Origin: Octopus sinensis
Taxonomy: Eukaryota
Assembly (NCBI RefSeq): GCF_006345805.1
Contig: NC_043005.1
Span: 74,834,001 to 74,898,000, forward strand
DNA length: 64,000 nucleotides
Direction of reading: 5' to 3'
In this document: positions 62,850 to 64,000 of the stretch, piece by piece
Position numbering within the stretch: position 1 is the first letter of the stretch
Layout: each line of letters opens with the position of its first letter
Notes under the pieces: generated by a model
The model's database searches: none
The model's input: the letters and a program-made list of their open reading frames with translations, nothing else
Told to the model about the DNA's origin: nothing
Translations under genes and position numbers: made by a program

Positions 62850-62851
<2 letters not shown>
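62760..62851. repeat. Near-perfect ~45-bp-arm foldback between TA microsatellites
   Basis: GTAAATTAATATGTGATAATTATTCAATAGCCAAGATAAAACTC-T-GAG..TTTTATCTTGGCTATTGAATAGTTGTCACATTATTAATTTAC. Confidence 0.9.
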
Positions 62852-62912
<61 letters not shown>

Positions 62913-63198
62913 GTGCCTGTGTGCGCGCGCGCGTGTGTGCAGGCTGGAACACTGCTTTGAAAGGTTTCAAGTTGAACAAATCGTACTTCTTTATATAAAG
63001 TTTGATGCTTATTCTGTCGGGCCATTTTTGCCGGACCGTTCAATTACGGGGACATTAACCATATATTCTTTTGAGGTCAAAACGTTTCTTAAGTTATCAA
63101 TGCACCGTATAAATCGTTCATCATCTGATGACGTCTGTTTCGATTGAAACGATCTGCTAACTGGAGAGGATTATATTCCACATATACGCGTACATACA

Positions 63199-63232
<34 letters not shown>

Positions 63233-63357
63233 CATATGTATATATATATACACATACATACGTATGTATGTATGTATGTATATATATATATACATACGTA
63301 TATATGCTTCAACAGGAAACAGCTGTGATTTGTTCTAAATACCTACATGATATATAT

Positions 63358-63416
<59 letters not shown>

Positions 63417-63499
63417 CATGATAGATCGCCATGATAGATCGTTAGCCACTACACACATATTTTTCTCTCCTGGTTTCTCCCCTTGTTTTTTCTGTGACC

Positions 63500-63534
63500 C
63501 TTTCTGTAGAAGAGCGTAGGCTCGAACGTAAAAG
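63500..63534 (+). ncRNA. Variant or decayed minimal hammerhead in a Penelope-like LTR remnant (~63420-63625)
   Basis: CTTT-CTGTAGA-A-GAGC.GTAG.GCTC-GAACGT-A-AAAG; stems I and II perfect; A6 changed to U and one A of GAAA missing. Confidence 0.5.
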
Positions 63535-63624
63535 ACTTTTCTATTCCTAAGCGTTATACTAATACATCTGTTTGCTTTGTACACCACCTGTCTTCGTCTT
63601 TTGTTTTTTTCGTAACTCTCCCTA

Positions 63625-63664
<40 letters not shown>

Positions 63665-63921
63665 TATATATATATATATATATATATTATTCAAAGAATT
63701 CCAACTCTGTTCTTTATGTTTTATTTATATTCTTAATAATATTAATGTAGAATATAGAATATATAGTATAACTAGTATATATATAGTAAAATGAAATGAA
63801 GTATTGATTGTCTTATTGAATAGATAAAATATTGAATATATCAAATATTAAGGGATTAGTATACTTTCTTGCATTAAAGCCGTCTTCAAGGTCCCAGATT
63901 GTGACATGAGTGTTTCAACTG

Positions 63922-63988
<67 letters not shown>

Positions 63989-64000
63989 GTCTATCTATCT

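Noticed and set aside
63115-63160. CTGATGA...GAAACGATCTG as a hammerhead
   Set aside because: Stem II is weak, the palindrome is broken and stem I does not pair; at most a heavily decayed relic.

Overview
AT-rich, microsatellite-dense eukaryotic DNA. The SINE families look like those of an Octopus-type cephalopod; this is inference from remembered repeat motifs, not a search. No intact host protein-coding gene, tRNA or rRNA gene can be supported, and almost all listed ORFs are artefacts of microsatellites or SINEs. The window is a transposon graveyard. It holds a frameshifted L1/Tx1-clade LINE (1-~4575), a Chapaev3-type transposase relic, mariner and maT (DD37D) relics, RTE, CR1/L2-group and CRE retrotransposon fragments, two solo-LTR candidates, non-autonomous Helitrons and HINE-like elements, Merlin-type and hAT MITEs with 8-bp TSDs, and more than 30 tRNA-derived SINEs with shuffled modules. 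There is a 100-N scaffold gap at 42336-42435. The most notable signal is a set of type I hammerhead ribozyme motifs. Candidates with an intact core lie at 4598(+), 33847(-), 44847(-) and 45324(+); variant or decayed copies lie at 32403(-), 36533(+), 41012(-), 61155(+) and 63500(+). One hammerhead heads a ~350-nt repeat family that occurs as a head-to-tail tandem at 32.2-32.75 kb, directly 3' of the L1/Tx1 element, and next to a CRE fragment, which is a retrozyme-like architecture. Most of the others are Penelope-like LTR remnants embedded in (TA)n/(CA)n, often as foldbacks. All alignments and folds were done by eye; repeat boundaries are approximate unless a TSD or terminal motif is quoted.
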